DNA from: a virus
Taxonomy: Duplodnaviria > Caudoviricetes
IMG/VR virus record: IMGVR_UViG_3300009678_000002
Coordinates: 27,406-91,405 of that record
DNA length: 64,000 bases
Strand: one strand, 5' to 3'
The notes under the pieces were generated by a model, which did not search any database, was not told where the DNA came from, and saw only the letters and a list, made by a program, of their open reading frames with translations. Both the position numbers and the translations under genes were made by a program. Position 1 is the stretch's first letter, and the number at the start of each line of letters is the position of its first letter. Of the stretch, positions 36,972-45,716 are shown in pieces.

Positions 36972-37357
36972 GGGTCGCTCCAGTCGTCGGCGTTCGGGTC
37001 GTAGAGGCCGGGCTTCATCTCGATCGTGAGCGCGTCACGCCGCAGCCAGGTCGCGCCGTCGAACGAGGTCTCGATGGTCACCTCGGGCGCCGGGACCGCG
37101 CCGGGGACCCACTGGATCTGCACGTCGCTCGGCAGCACCGCGCAGGCCACGTCGATGCGCTCGAGCTGGCGCACGATGGCGTCGAGCTCGCGCTCGCTCG
37201 TGCCCGGCGTGAACTTCACGACGCACCGCACCGGACCGTCCGGCGCAGGCGGTGGCGGAGCGTCGGCGGCCACGACCTCGGGCTCGAGCACGGCCGCAGC
37301 GGCGGCGGTGAGCGGTGCGCCCCATCCGATCAGCTTGAGGAAGTCACGACGTTGCAT
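36968..37357 (-). CDS. Tat-signal protein
   Basis: MQRRDFLKLIGWGAPLTAAAAAVL; GGAGG RBS. Confidence 0.8.
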   Translation of the reverse strand: MQRRDFLKLIGWGAPLTAAAAAVLEPEVVAADAPPPPAPDGPVRCVVKFTPGTSERELDAIVRQLERIDVACAVLPSDVQIQWVPGAVPAPEVTIETSFDGATWLRRDALTIEMKPGLYDPNADDWSDP

Positions 37358-37733
37358 GCTGGTCCTCCCCTGTGGTGTTCGGCCTGTTCGCGGCAGCGAG
37401 CACGCGCCGCAGGCGGTCGAGTCGGTCGCGCTGCTCCTGCAGGACCTCATCGGCGCGCGCTACGGCGCCCTGCACTGCGTCGGCGACCGTGAGCTTAGGC
37501 GTGGCATGGAACGGCGTTCCGTACGGACCGAGAGCACCGTACAGCGACACGACCCAGCCTTCGATCGTCGGTCGGATCGACGGGTACAGCGTGAACTGCT
37601 GGACGTCATGCGCCTGCCGCAGCACGAACCCCGCCTCGCTGAGCGCGGACTGAATGCGCTCGGTCTCGGCACGGTACCGATCGGACGTGCGCTCCCACTG
37701 CATGAGCAGCGCCAGTGCTTCGGCGTCGGTCAT
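37344..37733 (-). CDS. Hypothetical protein
   Basis: MTDAEALALL start, ATGA-coupled. Confidence 0.65.
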   Translation of the reverse strand: MTDAEALALLMQWERTSDRYRAETERIQSALSEAGFVLRQAHDVQQFTLYPSIRPTIEGWVVSLYGALGPYGTPFHATPKLTVADAVQGAVARADEVLQEQRDRLDRLRRVLAAANRPNTTGEDQHATS

Positions 37734-39013
37734 CGCTCGCCCCAGGTTCCGCTGTCGCTCGCGGCGATGATGCGCGTGACCCGCTCGTCGGTCATGCGCT
37801 CGCCGACCTCGATCATCGTGCCGCGATAGTTCGAGAGGGTGAGCACCGACCCGTCGCTGAGCTCGAGCGTCGTACGGGACTTGCCGCCGCCGAGCTCGAG
37901 GTCCCTGCGGACCACGTAGCGCGTGGCCTGGATGAACTCCTCGACGTTCGCGCCGACGTTCCTCTTGGCGAACTCCTCGGTCCATGCGTGGTCGTACACG
38001 ACGCCGGTCAGTCCGCTGAGCCGCTCCTTATGGTGGCCGTGACGCACGACCACGACATGCAGGTCCGCGAACCCGTACATCACGGTGAAGGCGCCGGTGA
38101 TGTCCGCGCCGTCCGAGAAGTGCTGGCGCAGGATGGCCATGGCATGCCCCGCCATCGCTTCGGTGTGCACGACGTAGTGAATGCGCTCGCCTCGACGCGC
38201 GCGCGCCACGGCCTCCTCGAGCTGGCGATACGTGCGCCCGCTGCCGCGCTCGGTGAACCTGCGCGGCGCGCGCTCGGGCTTGGGTTCGAACTGATTGCGC
38301 AGCCCTTTGAGGAACGAGAGCGCGCCCTCGCGCAGCGCTTCGAACCCGCGCCGCTCGACCTCGCTTGCATCGAGGCCGTAGCGCGTTCCCATATGCACGC
38401 CGTGCATCTCGAACGTCATGACGTAGTTGCCGCCGCGGTGGTCTAGGCGCAGGCCGGTGTGCACCTCGCGCTGCAGGCGCGCCTGGTGATCGGCGACCAC
38501 ATTGGCCGCGCCGTCGCCGAACGGGTGCTCTGCGCTGAAGTCTCCGCGGTACTCGACGCTGTAGCGCGCGTGGTCCGCGAACCTCGCGCCGCTCGGCGGT
38601 GCGAGCAGCGGGTTGTCGGCGAGCCCTTGGAACGAGCGCGCGATCTCCTGGTCCATCTGCTTGAAGATCGACGCCTTCAAGATCGACGCGAGCATGCTCG
38701 AGCTGGTCTGCGCTGGCTTCGCGGCCTCGGCCTTCGGCTCCGGCTTGGGCAAGCGCTCGCGGTCGCGGACCGTGCGCAGCGCATGCAGCGCAGCGTTCTC
38801 GGCGAGCCCGTGCGCGATGATCTCCTCGCGCGTCGCGAACAGCTTGGGCGCCTCGCGCGCCTTCATGCCCGCGAGGTCGCTGTCGAGCGGCAGCGCCATG
38901 CGCCCGACCCGGTTGGCCGAGCACCATGTGGCGCAGTCGCCGATCGCGCGGTGGCATCCTCGGCACGCGCCGCGGACTCCCTTGCCTGACTTCGGTTTGC
39001 CGGTGTTGCTCAT
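37730..39013 (-). CDS. Hypothetical protein with degenerate P-loop-like domain
   Basis: N-terminal CxxC..CxxxC; RGSGRT...IHYVV...VVYDHA. Confidence 0.65.
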   Translation of the reverse strand: MSNTGKPKSGKGVRGACRGCHRAIGDCATWCSANRVGRMALPLDSDLAGMKAREAPKLFATREEIIAHGLAENAALHALRTVRDRERLPKPEPKAEAAKPAQTSSSMLASILKASIFKQMDQEIARSFQGLADNPLLAPPSGARFADHARYSVEYRGDFSAEHPFGDGAANVVADHQARLQREVHTGLRLDHRGGNYVMTFEMHGVHMGTRYGLDASEVERRGFEALREGALSFLKGLRNQFEPKPERAPRRFTERGSGRTYRQLEEAVARARRGERIHYVVHTEAMAGHAMAILRQHFSDGADITGAFTVMYGFADLHVVVVRHGHHKERLSGLTGVVYDHAWTEEFAKRNVGANVEEFIQATRYVVRRDLELGGGKSRTTLELSDGSVLTLSNYRGTMIEVGERMTDERVTRIIAASDSGTWGER

Positions 39014-39017
39014 TGTC

Positions 39018-39209
39018 TCAGCCTCCAGGTGTCTTGCGCCGATACGGTGCGAGCGGTGCGTCGTCGACGAGGTCGGTGCCGCGCTCTAGCCAGAGCTTCA
39101 GCGCGTCGTCGGCGACGTACGCGCAGTCATCAGCGTGGCGGTGGTTCGCGAGCTGCGCGATCATGAACGCGGTCCACACCTCGCGCTCGCGTTCGTTCTT
39201 GAACTTCAC
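39018..39209 (-). CDS. Small hypothetical protein
   Basis: GTGA-coupled. Confidence 0.5.
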   Translation of the reverse strand: MKFKNEREREVWTAFMIAQLANHRHADDCAYVADDALKLWLERGTDLVDDAPLAPYRRKTPGG

Positions 39210-39361
39210 CAGGGCACCCTCCCCACTGCGGCGATGATGAGCAGCGCGGCGCACGCGATCACCTTTGCCGCGCCGGCGATGTGATCGTCGGGGCCGAAAA
39301 GGAACCCGAGCGCGGCTCCCCAGATCAGCAACGTGCGCGCGGTCTCGTCGAGCTCGATCAT
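39206..39361 (-). CDS. Small two-TM membrane protein
   Basis: Two hydrophobic stretches; coupled to neighbours. Confidence 0.55.
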   Translation of the reverse strand: MIELDETARTLLIWGAALGFLFGPDDHIAGAAKVIACAALLIIAAVGRVPW

Positions 39362-39573
39362 GGGATACGCTCCCAGGTCCTCGGCTCGTGGCCGAGCAGA
39401 TCGGCAGCCTCGAAGTATCCAAAGCCGCCGCGCTCCGCCATGCGCTCCGCTGTCTGCTCGCGCCCGTAGCGCTTGGCGTAGGCCTCCCAAATCTCGACGT
39501 GCTCAGCCCACGAGACCGTGCCGTCCGGCAGCTGGCGCTCGCCGCGCTTCTGACGCTGCATCGGCGCCCTCAT
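39358..39573 (-). CDS. Phage hypothetical protein (QTAERMAERGGF motif)
   Basis: Recognisable motif; ATGA coupling. Confidence 0.65.
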   Translation of the reverse strand: MRAPMQRQKRGERQLPDGTVSWAEHVEIWEAYAKRYGREQTAERMAERGGFGYFEAADLLGHEPRTWERIP

Positions 39574-39827
39574 GGCGACACCGCAACGATCACGAGGAAC
39601 AGAACGACGGCGGCGACCATCCCGCCGAGGAACCACGCGAACTGGCGAGCGTTCTCCGCGTCCTCGGCGCGCGCCTTGTCGAGCCGCTCTCGCCACGCGC
39701 GCGACCACTCGTCGTATTCGACGCGCATGCGCTCCTGCTGCTCGGACCAGTCGCGGATGTTGTAGACCCTGGCGTGCGGCCGAGATGGCGGCATCGGGAT
39801 CGGCGGATCGGACTCGTGTCGCTTCAT
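39570..39827 (-). CDS. Small protein with C-terminal TM helix
   Basis: Hydrophobic C-terminus; coupling. Confidence 0.6.
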   Translation of the reverse strand: MKRHESDPPIPMPPSRPHARVYNIRDWSEQQERMRVEYDEWSRAWRERLDKARAEDAENARQFAWFLGGMVAAVVLFLVIVAVSP

Positions 39828-40285
39828 GCTGACCCCTGCGGGTGGCCGCCGGTCACGTGGTCGACCGAGCCCCAGATGAGCCGGCGCCAGCGCGTGCGCC
39901 AGTCCGAGTCAGGCGAGAGCACGCCGCGGATGACGGCGTCGACCAGGAGCTCGAGCAGCTTGACCGCCTGCGCGTCGTTCATGCCGTGGAAGTGGTGGAC
40001 GAAGTCGAGCGGGTCGAGCGGCACCAGCGAGCCGAGCTGGTCGGGGTTGACCTCGCGGTCGGGATCGAGCGCCGCAGAGACGAGCTCGTATTCGGCGTCG
40101 GGGTACTGCTTGATCGCGGGCGGCAGACCATCGAGCGGCCGCAGGTGCACGAGGCTGACGCGCCAGTAGCGCCACATGACGTGCGCCCCTGGGCAGTCGA
40201 GCAGCCAGACCGCGAGCGCCGGCGGCTGCGTTGGCACGAGCCACGCGCTCCAGCCTACGTGGCCGGTCTTGTCCGGTTCCCTCAT
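39824..40285 (-). CDS. Hypothetical protein
   Basis: MREPDK start, ATGA-coupled, globular composition. Confidence 0.65.
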   Translation of the reverse strand: MREPDKTGHVGWSAWLVPTQPPALAVWLLDCPGAHVMWRYWRVSLVHLRPLDGLPPAIKQYPDAEYELVSAALDPDREVNPDQLGSLVPLDPLDFVHHFHGMNDAQAVKLLELLVDAVIRGVLSPDSDWRTRWRRLIWGSVDHVTGGHPQGSA

Positions 40286-40521
40286 GACTGCGCCCATTGG
40301 TAGATGTCTCCGCTTGCGTAGCGCTGCGCGCGCGTCATCGAGAGCGAGCGACCGCGCGTGCCGTCCTTCGCGATGAAGTGCCAGTGCTCGCCGTCCTTCC
40401 AGACCGCGGCGAGCTGCTTGCCGTAGATGAAGTTGCCGGCCTCGAAGCGGGCGAAGCGGCCGGCGATGGTCCCCGAGAATCGCGCCGAGGTCTTGCGCCA
40501 CTTGGGAGCGGGTGCGGTCAT
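40282..40521 (-). CDS. Small hypothetical protein
   Basis: ATGA-coupled. Confidence 0.55.
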   Translation of the reverse strand: MTAPAPKWRKTSARFSGTIAGRFARFEAGNFIYGKQLAAVWKDGEHWHFIAKDGTRGRSLSMTRAQRYASGDIYQWAQS

Positions 40522-40721
40522 GGCACGCACCCGGTTGCTTGCTGTTGGCCAGCGATGCAGCGCGGCATGCACACGCAGACGTGAGCATTGACCACGTACC
40601 CGAGGCCTTGCAGGTCGCAGCGCTCGTCGCAACGCGCGCGCACGTAGCCCGACCACAGGACCAGGGCCGCGATCAGCAGTCCGGGGATCGCAATGCCGAT
40701 GATGGTTTCGCGCGTGGTCAT
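40518..40721 (-). CDS. Small membrane protein with Cys motif
   Basis: N-terminal TM; CDERC..CVC. Confidence 0.55.
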   Translation of the reverse strand: MTTRETIIGIAIPGLLIAALVLWSGYVRARCDERCDLQGLGYVVNAHVCVCMPRCIAGQQQATGCVP

Positions 40722-41056
40722 GGCTCGAGCTCGCGGAGCGTGAGCTTGGCGAGTTCGGCCATCATGCTCGGCTGGATTCTTGCTGCGACCTCCTCCTGCA
40801 GCGAGTCGAGCTTCGCGTACAGCGGCGACTCCGCCCATGCGAGGGACTGCGCGAGTTCGTCCTCGGTCAGCTCGCGTGCGAACAGGGCCGCGAGCGGCGC
40901 CATGACAGCGACCCAGTCGAGCCTGTCGAGCACCGGGCCCGATCCCTTCGCGGTGATCGCGAGCGTACGCTTGATGGTCGGCACGAGCAGGCTCATGTAC
41001 GCGGCGGCGAGCTCGGTCGCGCGCGCGGTCGGTGCGGTCTTCTGTTCGTTCGTCAT
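40718..41056 (-). CDS. DUF2059-like protein
   Basis: FARELTEDELAQSLAWAESPLYAKL. Confidence 0.6.
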   Translation of the reverse strand: MTNEQKTAPTARATELAAAYMSLLVPTIKRTLAITAKGSGPVLDRLDWVAVMAPLAALFARELTEDELAQSLAWAESPLYAKLDSLQEEVAARIQPSMMAELAKLTLRELEP

Positions 41057-41268
41057 GAGATGAACCACCAGGCAAGCGAGCCACGGTCGAGCAGCGAGCA
41101 CACGGTGCCGAAGCCCCATGCGTAGACCGCTACGCCGAAGGCGAACACGCACAGGTCGCCGAGCACCTCCGCAGGCGTGTCGAGCGGAGATGCGAGCGCA
41201 ACGAACATCATCGCAGCGCCGGCGACGGTCGCGATGACTGCGGCGCACCAGAGCAGCGGGGCGGTCAT
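41053..41268 (-). CDS. Small membrane protein
   Basis: Hydrophobic 71-aa ORF, coupled. Confidence 0.55.
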   Translation of the reverse strand: MTAPLLWCAAVIATVAGAAMMFVALASPLDTPAEVLGDLCVFAFGVAVYAWGFGTVCSLLDRGSLAWWFIS

Positions 41269-41600
41269 CGTGCACCAGCCTTGGCGAGCACCGCCTGGAC
41301 GTACGCGTCGACGTTGTCCGGCCACGGCCGGCCCGCTGCGCGCCAGCGCGCGACCGCACCAGCGCCGGCGACGTACGCTGCGAGCGCGGCCTCGAGCGTG
41401 CCGAACTTCCGCAGCTGCAGGTGCAGCAGGCGCGACGCGCAGCGCCGAGCAGCGCGCCGGTCGAGCGGGTCGATGCCGCCGCACCATGCGACCGTGACCG
41501 GCATGAGCTGGTAACGACCGCGCGCGCCGCGAGGCGAGACGACGTCGTCGCGGCCTCGGCTCTCGACGTGCGCGACCGCGTCCAGGATCGCCGGTGTCAC
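41265..41600 (-). CDS. Lytic transglycosylase (SLT domain)
   Basis: AVAHVES (catalytic Glu), VSPRGARGRYQLMP, ALAAYVAG; GTGA-coupled start. Confidence 0.88.
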   Translation of the reverse strand: MTPAILDAVAHVESRGRDDVVSPRGARGRYQLMPVTVAWCGGIDPLDRRAARRCASRLLHLQLRKFGTLEAALAAYVAGAGAVARWRAAGRPWPDNVDAYVQAVLAKAGAR

Positions 41601-41851
41601 ACCTGGTTGCCGAGCTGGTGCAGCAGTGCCTGCAGCGCTTCGATGTACGAGTCGGCCTCGGCCAGCTGCACGTGGTCGAGCTTCGTGCCCGCGTTCACGC
41701 CGTGCACGTAGATCACCGCGCGGACCTCCTCGAGATGCTTCAAGCTCTTGACCACGTCCTGCAGGTGCTCCATGCGCTGCTCGTGGTGTTCCCACGACGG
41801 CGCCCGCTCCACTCCGATCACCTGCTTGTCGCTCGCGTTGTTGAAGATCAT
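41597..41851 (-). CDS. Hypothetical protein
   Basis: 84-aa helical ORF. Confidence 0.6.
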   Translation of the reverse strand: MIFNNASDKQVIGVERAPSWEHHEQRMEHLQDVVKSLKHLEEVRAVIYVHGVNAGTKLDHVQLAEADSYIEALQALLHQLGNQV

Positions 41852-41863
41852 CGCGGTCGCCTT

Positions 41864-42127
41864 TCAGCGCGGGTCGCGGCTGCGGGTCGGCTTGATGGAC
41901 GGTCCGCCGGTGCGCGACTCGCGCGCTGCCTCCAACGCGTCGCTCTTGACCAGCTCCATCTGGTGCACGTCGAACGTTTGGTTCTCGATGACCGAGCCGT
42001 CCTTGTTGCAGGCCTCGGGCTGGATGGTGATGCGCACGCAGCCGTTCAGCCACACCGTGCGCGCGATCACGATTCCCTTGAAGCCCGAGATCTTGTCCTT
42101 CGCTCTGTCGCCTAGCTTGATCTCCAT
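41864..42127 (-). CDS. Conserved phage hypothetical protein
   Basis: LGDRAKDKISGFKG......LNGC; AGGAGG RBS. Confidence 0.75.
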   Translation of the reverse strand: MEIKLGDRAKDKISGFKGIVIARTVWLNGCVRITIQPEACNKDGSVIENQTFDVHQMELVKSDALEAARESRTGGPSIKPTRSRDPR

Positions 42128-42149
42128 GACGTTCCTCCTGCGTCGCCGA

Positions 42150-42430
42150 TGTGGCGCGCGTTGATTGCAGGTCGATGAGCTCGCCTCGGGCTTCTGCCCG
42201 TTCGCGCGCGCTAGGTTCGCCCTGAGCCGTCGACCGCGGCTCTTTGTAGTTTTTGTGTGACCTTGAACGCGGCGCCGAGATGGCGCGCGAAAAGGTGCTC
42301 ACGAGCAGAGCTGTTTCATGACGCACGACCGCAGGCCGCGACATCTCGGCCAGTCGACGCGTTGCAGGATCGCCCTGCACACCATGGCTGCTGCTCGTGA
42401 GCGTGCCCGATGTCTCCTGGCCTCGGGCTG
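42150..42430 (-). ncRNA. Candidate structured RNA
   Basis: 12-bp perfect stem 42297-42308/42391-42402 enclosing two hairpins, further hairpins and an A-rich linker. Confidence 0.45.
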
Positions 42431-42598
42431 CCGTTGGAACCGCCTTCGCCGCAGTGAGGGACAAACCCGCAGCGGACGGCGGAGGAGCTTGGCGCGCGGC
42501 GAGTGCAGCGCGGAACAGGATCACGCCGGCGGCCGCGGCGGCGACGAGCACGACGCTGAGGAACAGCCGGTCGCGCGCCTGGCTGAACGGGTCTTGGA

Positions 42599-43000
42599 TC
42601 ATGGCTGCACCTGAGTGCGAAGCCATTCGCGATAGTCGAGCGGCTGCTTGCCGTCGTCGAGCAGCGCGTCGACCCACGCGATGAGACGCGGGCCGAGCTG
42701 CGCGGTGAGCGCTTCGACCGTGGTCGCGTCGGGGTCCTGCGCGGAGAACCGCGAGAGGTCGTCGGCGATTTTTGCAGCGTCCTCGGCGGTGTCTGCATCG
42801 CAGACGCAGAGCCCGCTTGGGATGTGGTCGACCGCCCATGCTCGCAGCGAAAAGAATCGGCTCGGGTCATCGGCGCCGTAGCCGTGCCGCTCGCGCGCGT
42901 CGTACTGGCGCACGGCGAACCGACCGACCTGCGTACCGCGCACGAGCCGTTGCCCGGTGCGATGGATGGCGGTGTACTCGATCTCGCTGGCGTTGCTCAT
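42599..43000 (-). CDS. Hypothetical protein; paralog of 49839-50228
   Basis: QVGRFAVR, WAVDHIPSGL, ADDLSRF, YREW. Confidence 0.7.
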   Translation of the reverse strand: MSNASEIEYTAIHRTGQRLVRGTQVGRFAVRQYDARERHGYGADDPSRFFSLRAWAVDHIPSGLCVCDADTAEDAAKIADDLSRFSAQDPDATTVEALTAQLGPRLIAWVDALLDDGKQPLDYREWLRTQVQP

Positions 43001-43716
43001 GCAGCCTCCCGAAGCAGCGACAGGACCGTGAGCACGGCCTTGCGTTGCGGCGCGGTCTCGGGCGAGCTCTGCCCGCTCACGCACATCGCGAGCATCATGA
43101 GCGCGTACGCGTCGGCCTCGTCGGTCGTGCTGAACGCGCGGCCGAGGCGCGCGGTGAACGCGCTGACCGATGCGGTCTTGGAGAGGTTGCCCTTGCCGCC
43201 CTGGTACTGCTTGAGCGTGGACGGGTTCGGCTCGAGCACGGCCGGCGCGACGTAGCGCAGCACGTGGCCGTCCTCGACGCGCCCGCCGATTGTCGGCACT
43301 GGTCCGCTCGGCAGGCTAATGCGCACGTCGAGCAGCCGGTCGATGAGAACACCGCGCAGCTCTGAGCGGTCGGCGTGGCCCTGCTGCGGCATGGGCTGCA
43401 GCTCCTTGGTCACCTTGTGGCGCCAGACCATCGCGCCGTGCGCCGCGCCCTCGATGAGCACGATCGCGACGTTGTGCTCCTGCACGAGCGCGACGATGGG
43501 GTCGACCAGCGAGCGGTAGCGCGCGCGCCGGTCGCGCGGGGACTCCGCGGGCTTGCTCGAGTACACGCGCACGAGCGGGGCCTCGCCGACCTGGCCGATG
43601 ACCAGAGCGCACGAGGTCAGCGACAGGTCGATGCCTGCGACCGCGCGGTGCTGCACTGGTGCGCGCGGAAGGCGCGGGTCGGGGATGCCGCCGAGTAGGC
43701 CTTGCTGAGTGATCAC
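42997..43716 (-). CDS. RuvC-like Holliday junction resolvase
   Basis: GIDLSLTS, LIEG, TLKQY.GGKGN.SK, DEADA. Confidence 0.85.
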   Translation of the reverse strand: MITQQGLLGGIPDPRLPRAPVQHRAVAGIDLSLTSCALVIGQVGEAPLVRVYSSKPAESPRDRRARYRSLVDPIVALVQEHNVAIVLIEGAAHGAMVWRHKVTKELQPMPQQGHADRSELRGVLIDRLLDVRISLPSGPVPTIGGRVEDGHVLRYVAPAVLEPNPSTLKQYQGGKGNLSKTASVSAFTARLGRAFSTTDEADAYALMMLAMCVSGQSSPETAPQRKAVLTVLSLLREAA

Positions 43717-44063
43717 GATGCACCTCCGTCGCTCGGCGCGACGATCTCGAGGACCTCTGCAAACGCTTGGATCCACTCGCCGGACATCGGCGCGACCTTG
43801 AGGATGTGCTCGCGGTCGATGCCGTGCTTGACCAGCACCGCAGCGACGCGCGCGCGAGTGACGGCCTCGCCGCTGCTGCAGAACGGGCACGGCTTGCGCG
43901 TCAGCTTGATGGGGATGAAGGCGCGCGCCACGAGGCCGCTGCCGTCGCAGAGCTTGCAGGGCGGTGATGGCTGAAGCACGTACGGGTCCGCGCACGGACA
44001 GAGCGCGTGGCACGGATGCAGGCTCACGCACGGGCACGCCTGCTTCGCGGTGGTCTCGCTCAT
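43713..44063 (-). CDS. Cys-rich zinc-binding protein
   Basis: CPCVSLHPCHALCPCADP..CKLCDGSG..CPFC. Confidence 0.7.
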   Translation of the reverse strand: MSETTAKQACPCVSLHPCHALCPCADPYVLQPSPPCKLCDGSGLVARAFIPIKLTRKPCPFCSSGEAVTRARVAAVLVKHGIDREHILKVAPMSGEWIQAFAEVLEIVAPSDGGAS

Positions 44064-44314
44064 GGCGCGTGCACCTCGTCGCGAGGCCGCTCGCGGTTCA
44101 GGTGGTAGTGCTTGCCGATGACCGTGCAGCCGGCCTCCGCGCACGCCTCGACGTGCACGGCCGCTGCGACGTGCTGCCAGGTGTCGCGCACGGCCTCGAG
44201 CGCGGTCGCGAGCTCGGCGTGCCCCTTGCTCCGCAGCTCGACGAGCACGTTGTCCATCGAGCCGACCGGGATCAGCGCGAGCGTGCGGACGTCGGTCGGT
44301 TCAGCGTGCGCCAT
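44060..44314 (-). CDS. Small hypothetical protein
   Basis: Coupled to dnaB; CxxxxC..HxH. Confidence 0.55.
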   Translation of the reverse strand: MAHAEPTDVRTLALIPVGSMDNVLVELRSKGHAELATALEAVRDTWQHVAAAVHVEACAEAGCTVIGKHYHLNRERPRDEVHAP

Positions 44315-45716
44315 AGCCGAAGTCCTCCTGCCGATAGGCGTCGATGTTGTGAAATTTCGTGTACTCCTTCCGGAACATGACCTCGACCACTGCCTCGGGT
44401 CCGCTGCGCTGCTTGCCGATGATGACCTCGCAAATCCCCTGCTTCGGGGTCGCGGGCTTGTAGCGCTCCTCGCGGTACAGCAGCAGGATCGTGTCGGCGT
44501 CGCTCTCGATCGACCCGCTCTCGCGCAGGTCGTGGATCTGCGGGCGCGGTGGCGTGCGCTTCTCCACCTCGCGGTTGAGCGACGACAGCACGAGCACGGG
44601 GCACTGGAACTCGCCGGCCATGGTCTTGAGCCCGGCAGTGATCTCGCTGAGCCCTTCGTCGCGATTGCCGCCGCGCCGGTTCTCGCTGCGGATGCGCTGC
44701 AGGTAGTCGACCACGATCATCCCGAGCTGACCGTGCGTGCGCACGAACCGATCGACCACGCGCCTGATGCCGTGCAGCGTGAGCGTGCGGTCAAAGCACA
44801 TGTGCAGCCCTGCCCTGCCCAGCTTCTCCGAGGCCTCGGCGATGCTCGTGAACTGGTGCGGATGCAGGCTCGCCGACCGGATGAGCCGCATGTCGATCTC
44901 GGCCTCGGTCGCCCACGCTCGGTGCACGAGCTGCTCCTGGCTCATCTCGTACTCGAACGACAGCACCGGCAGTTTGCTGCTGCGCGCCACGCCGCTCTTG
45001 CACCCGTACGCGAACGCGGTCTTGCCCATGCCCGGCCGGCCCGCGACGATGATCAGATCACCCTTCGCGAACCCGCTCAGGTGGTCGTCGAGCACGTGAA
45101 ACCCGGTGAGGTGTCCGATCGATGTCTCGCCGCGCTGCGCACGGCCTTGCAGGATCCCGTACTCGGCATGCACCGCGTCACCCATCGACACGACCGTGCT
45201 CGTGTTCGAGATGACGTGGTCGACGGCCAAGCCCAGGCGCGCGCTCGCGCGCTCGATGAAGTCCTCGATGTTGCCCGTGTCGCCGTACCCCTCGGCGGCG
45301 GTCTCGTGGCACGCGTGGATGATGCTGCGCACGATCGACTTCTCGCGCACGATCTTCGCGTGCGCCTCGATGTTCGCCAGCGTCGGCAGCGTGTCGGTCA
45401 GCCCGAGCAGGTACTCATCACCGACGCGCTGCAGCTTGCCCGAGGCCGCGAGCCGGTCCCGGATCGTGACCGTGTCGATGGGCTCGCCGGCGGCGACGAG
45501 CGAGCGCATCGCGTTGAAGATCGTCGCGTGCTTGTCGGAGTAGAAGTCCGCCGCTCGCATCTCGTCGAGCACGTGTCGCGACTCGTTGTCGAGCAGCACG
45601 CCGCCGAGAACCGAGCGCTCCGCGGCCAGGTCGTTCGGCGGGACCCGACCCGTGGCCACGCGCCGATCACTCTCGCGCTCTACCCCGTTGCCCGCGTGCT
45701 CGTTGCTCGTGGCCAT
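44301..45716 (-). CDS. dnaB: Replicative DNA helicase
   Basis: AERSVLG, AGRPGMGKT, VVDYLQ, LNREVE, DLRESGSIESDAD, KQRSG. Confidence 0.96.
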   Translation of the reverse strand: MATSNEHAGNGVERESDRRVATGRVPPNDLAAERSVLGGVLLDNESRHVLDEMRAADFYSDKHATIFNAMRSLVAAGEPIDTVTIRDRLAASGKLQRVGDEYLLGLTDTLPTLANIEAHAKIVREKSIVRSIIHACHETAAEGYGDTGNIEDFIERASARLGLAVDHVISNTSTVVSMGDAVHAEYGILQGRAQRGETSIGHLTGFHVLDDHLSGFAKGDLIIVAGRPGMGKTAFAYGCKSGVARSSKLPVLSFEYEMSQEQLVHRAWATEAEIDMRLIRSASLHPHQFTSIAEASEKLGRAGLHMCFDRTLTLHGIRRVVDRFVRTHGQLGMIVVDYLQRIRSENRRGGNRDEGLSEITAGLKTMAGEFQCPVLVLSSLNREVEKRTPPRPQIHDLRESGSIESDADTILLLYREERYKPATPKQGICEVIIGKQRSGPEAVVEVMFRKEYTKFHNIDAYRQEDFGYGAR

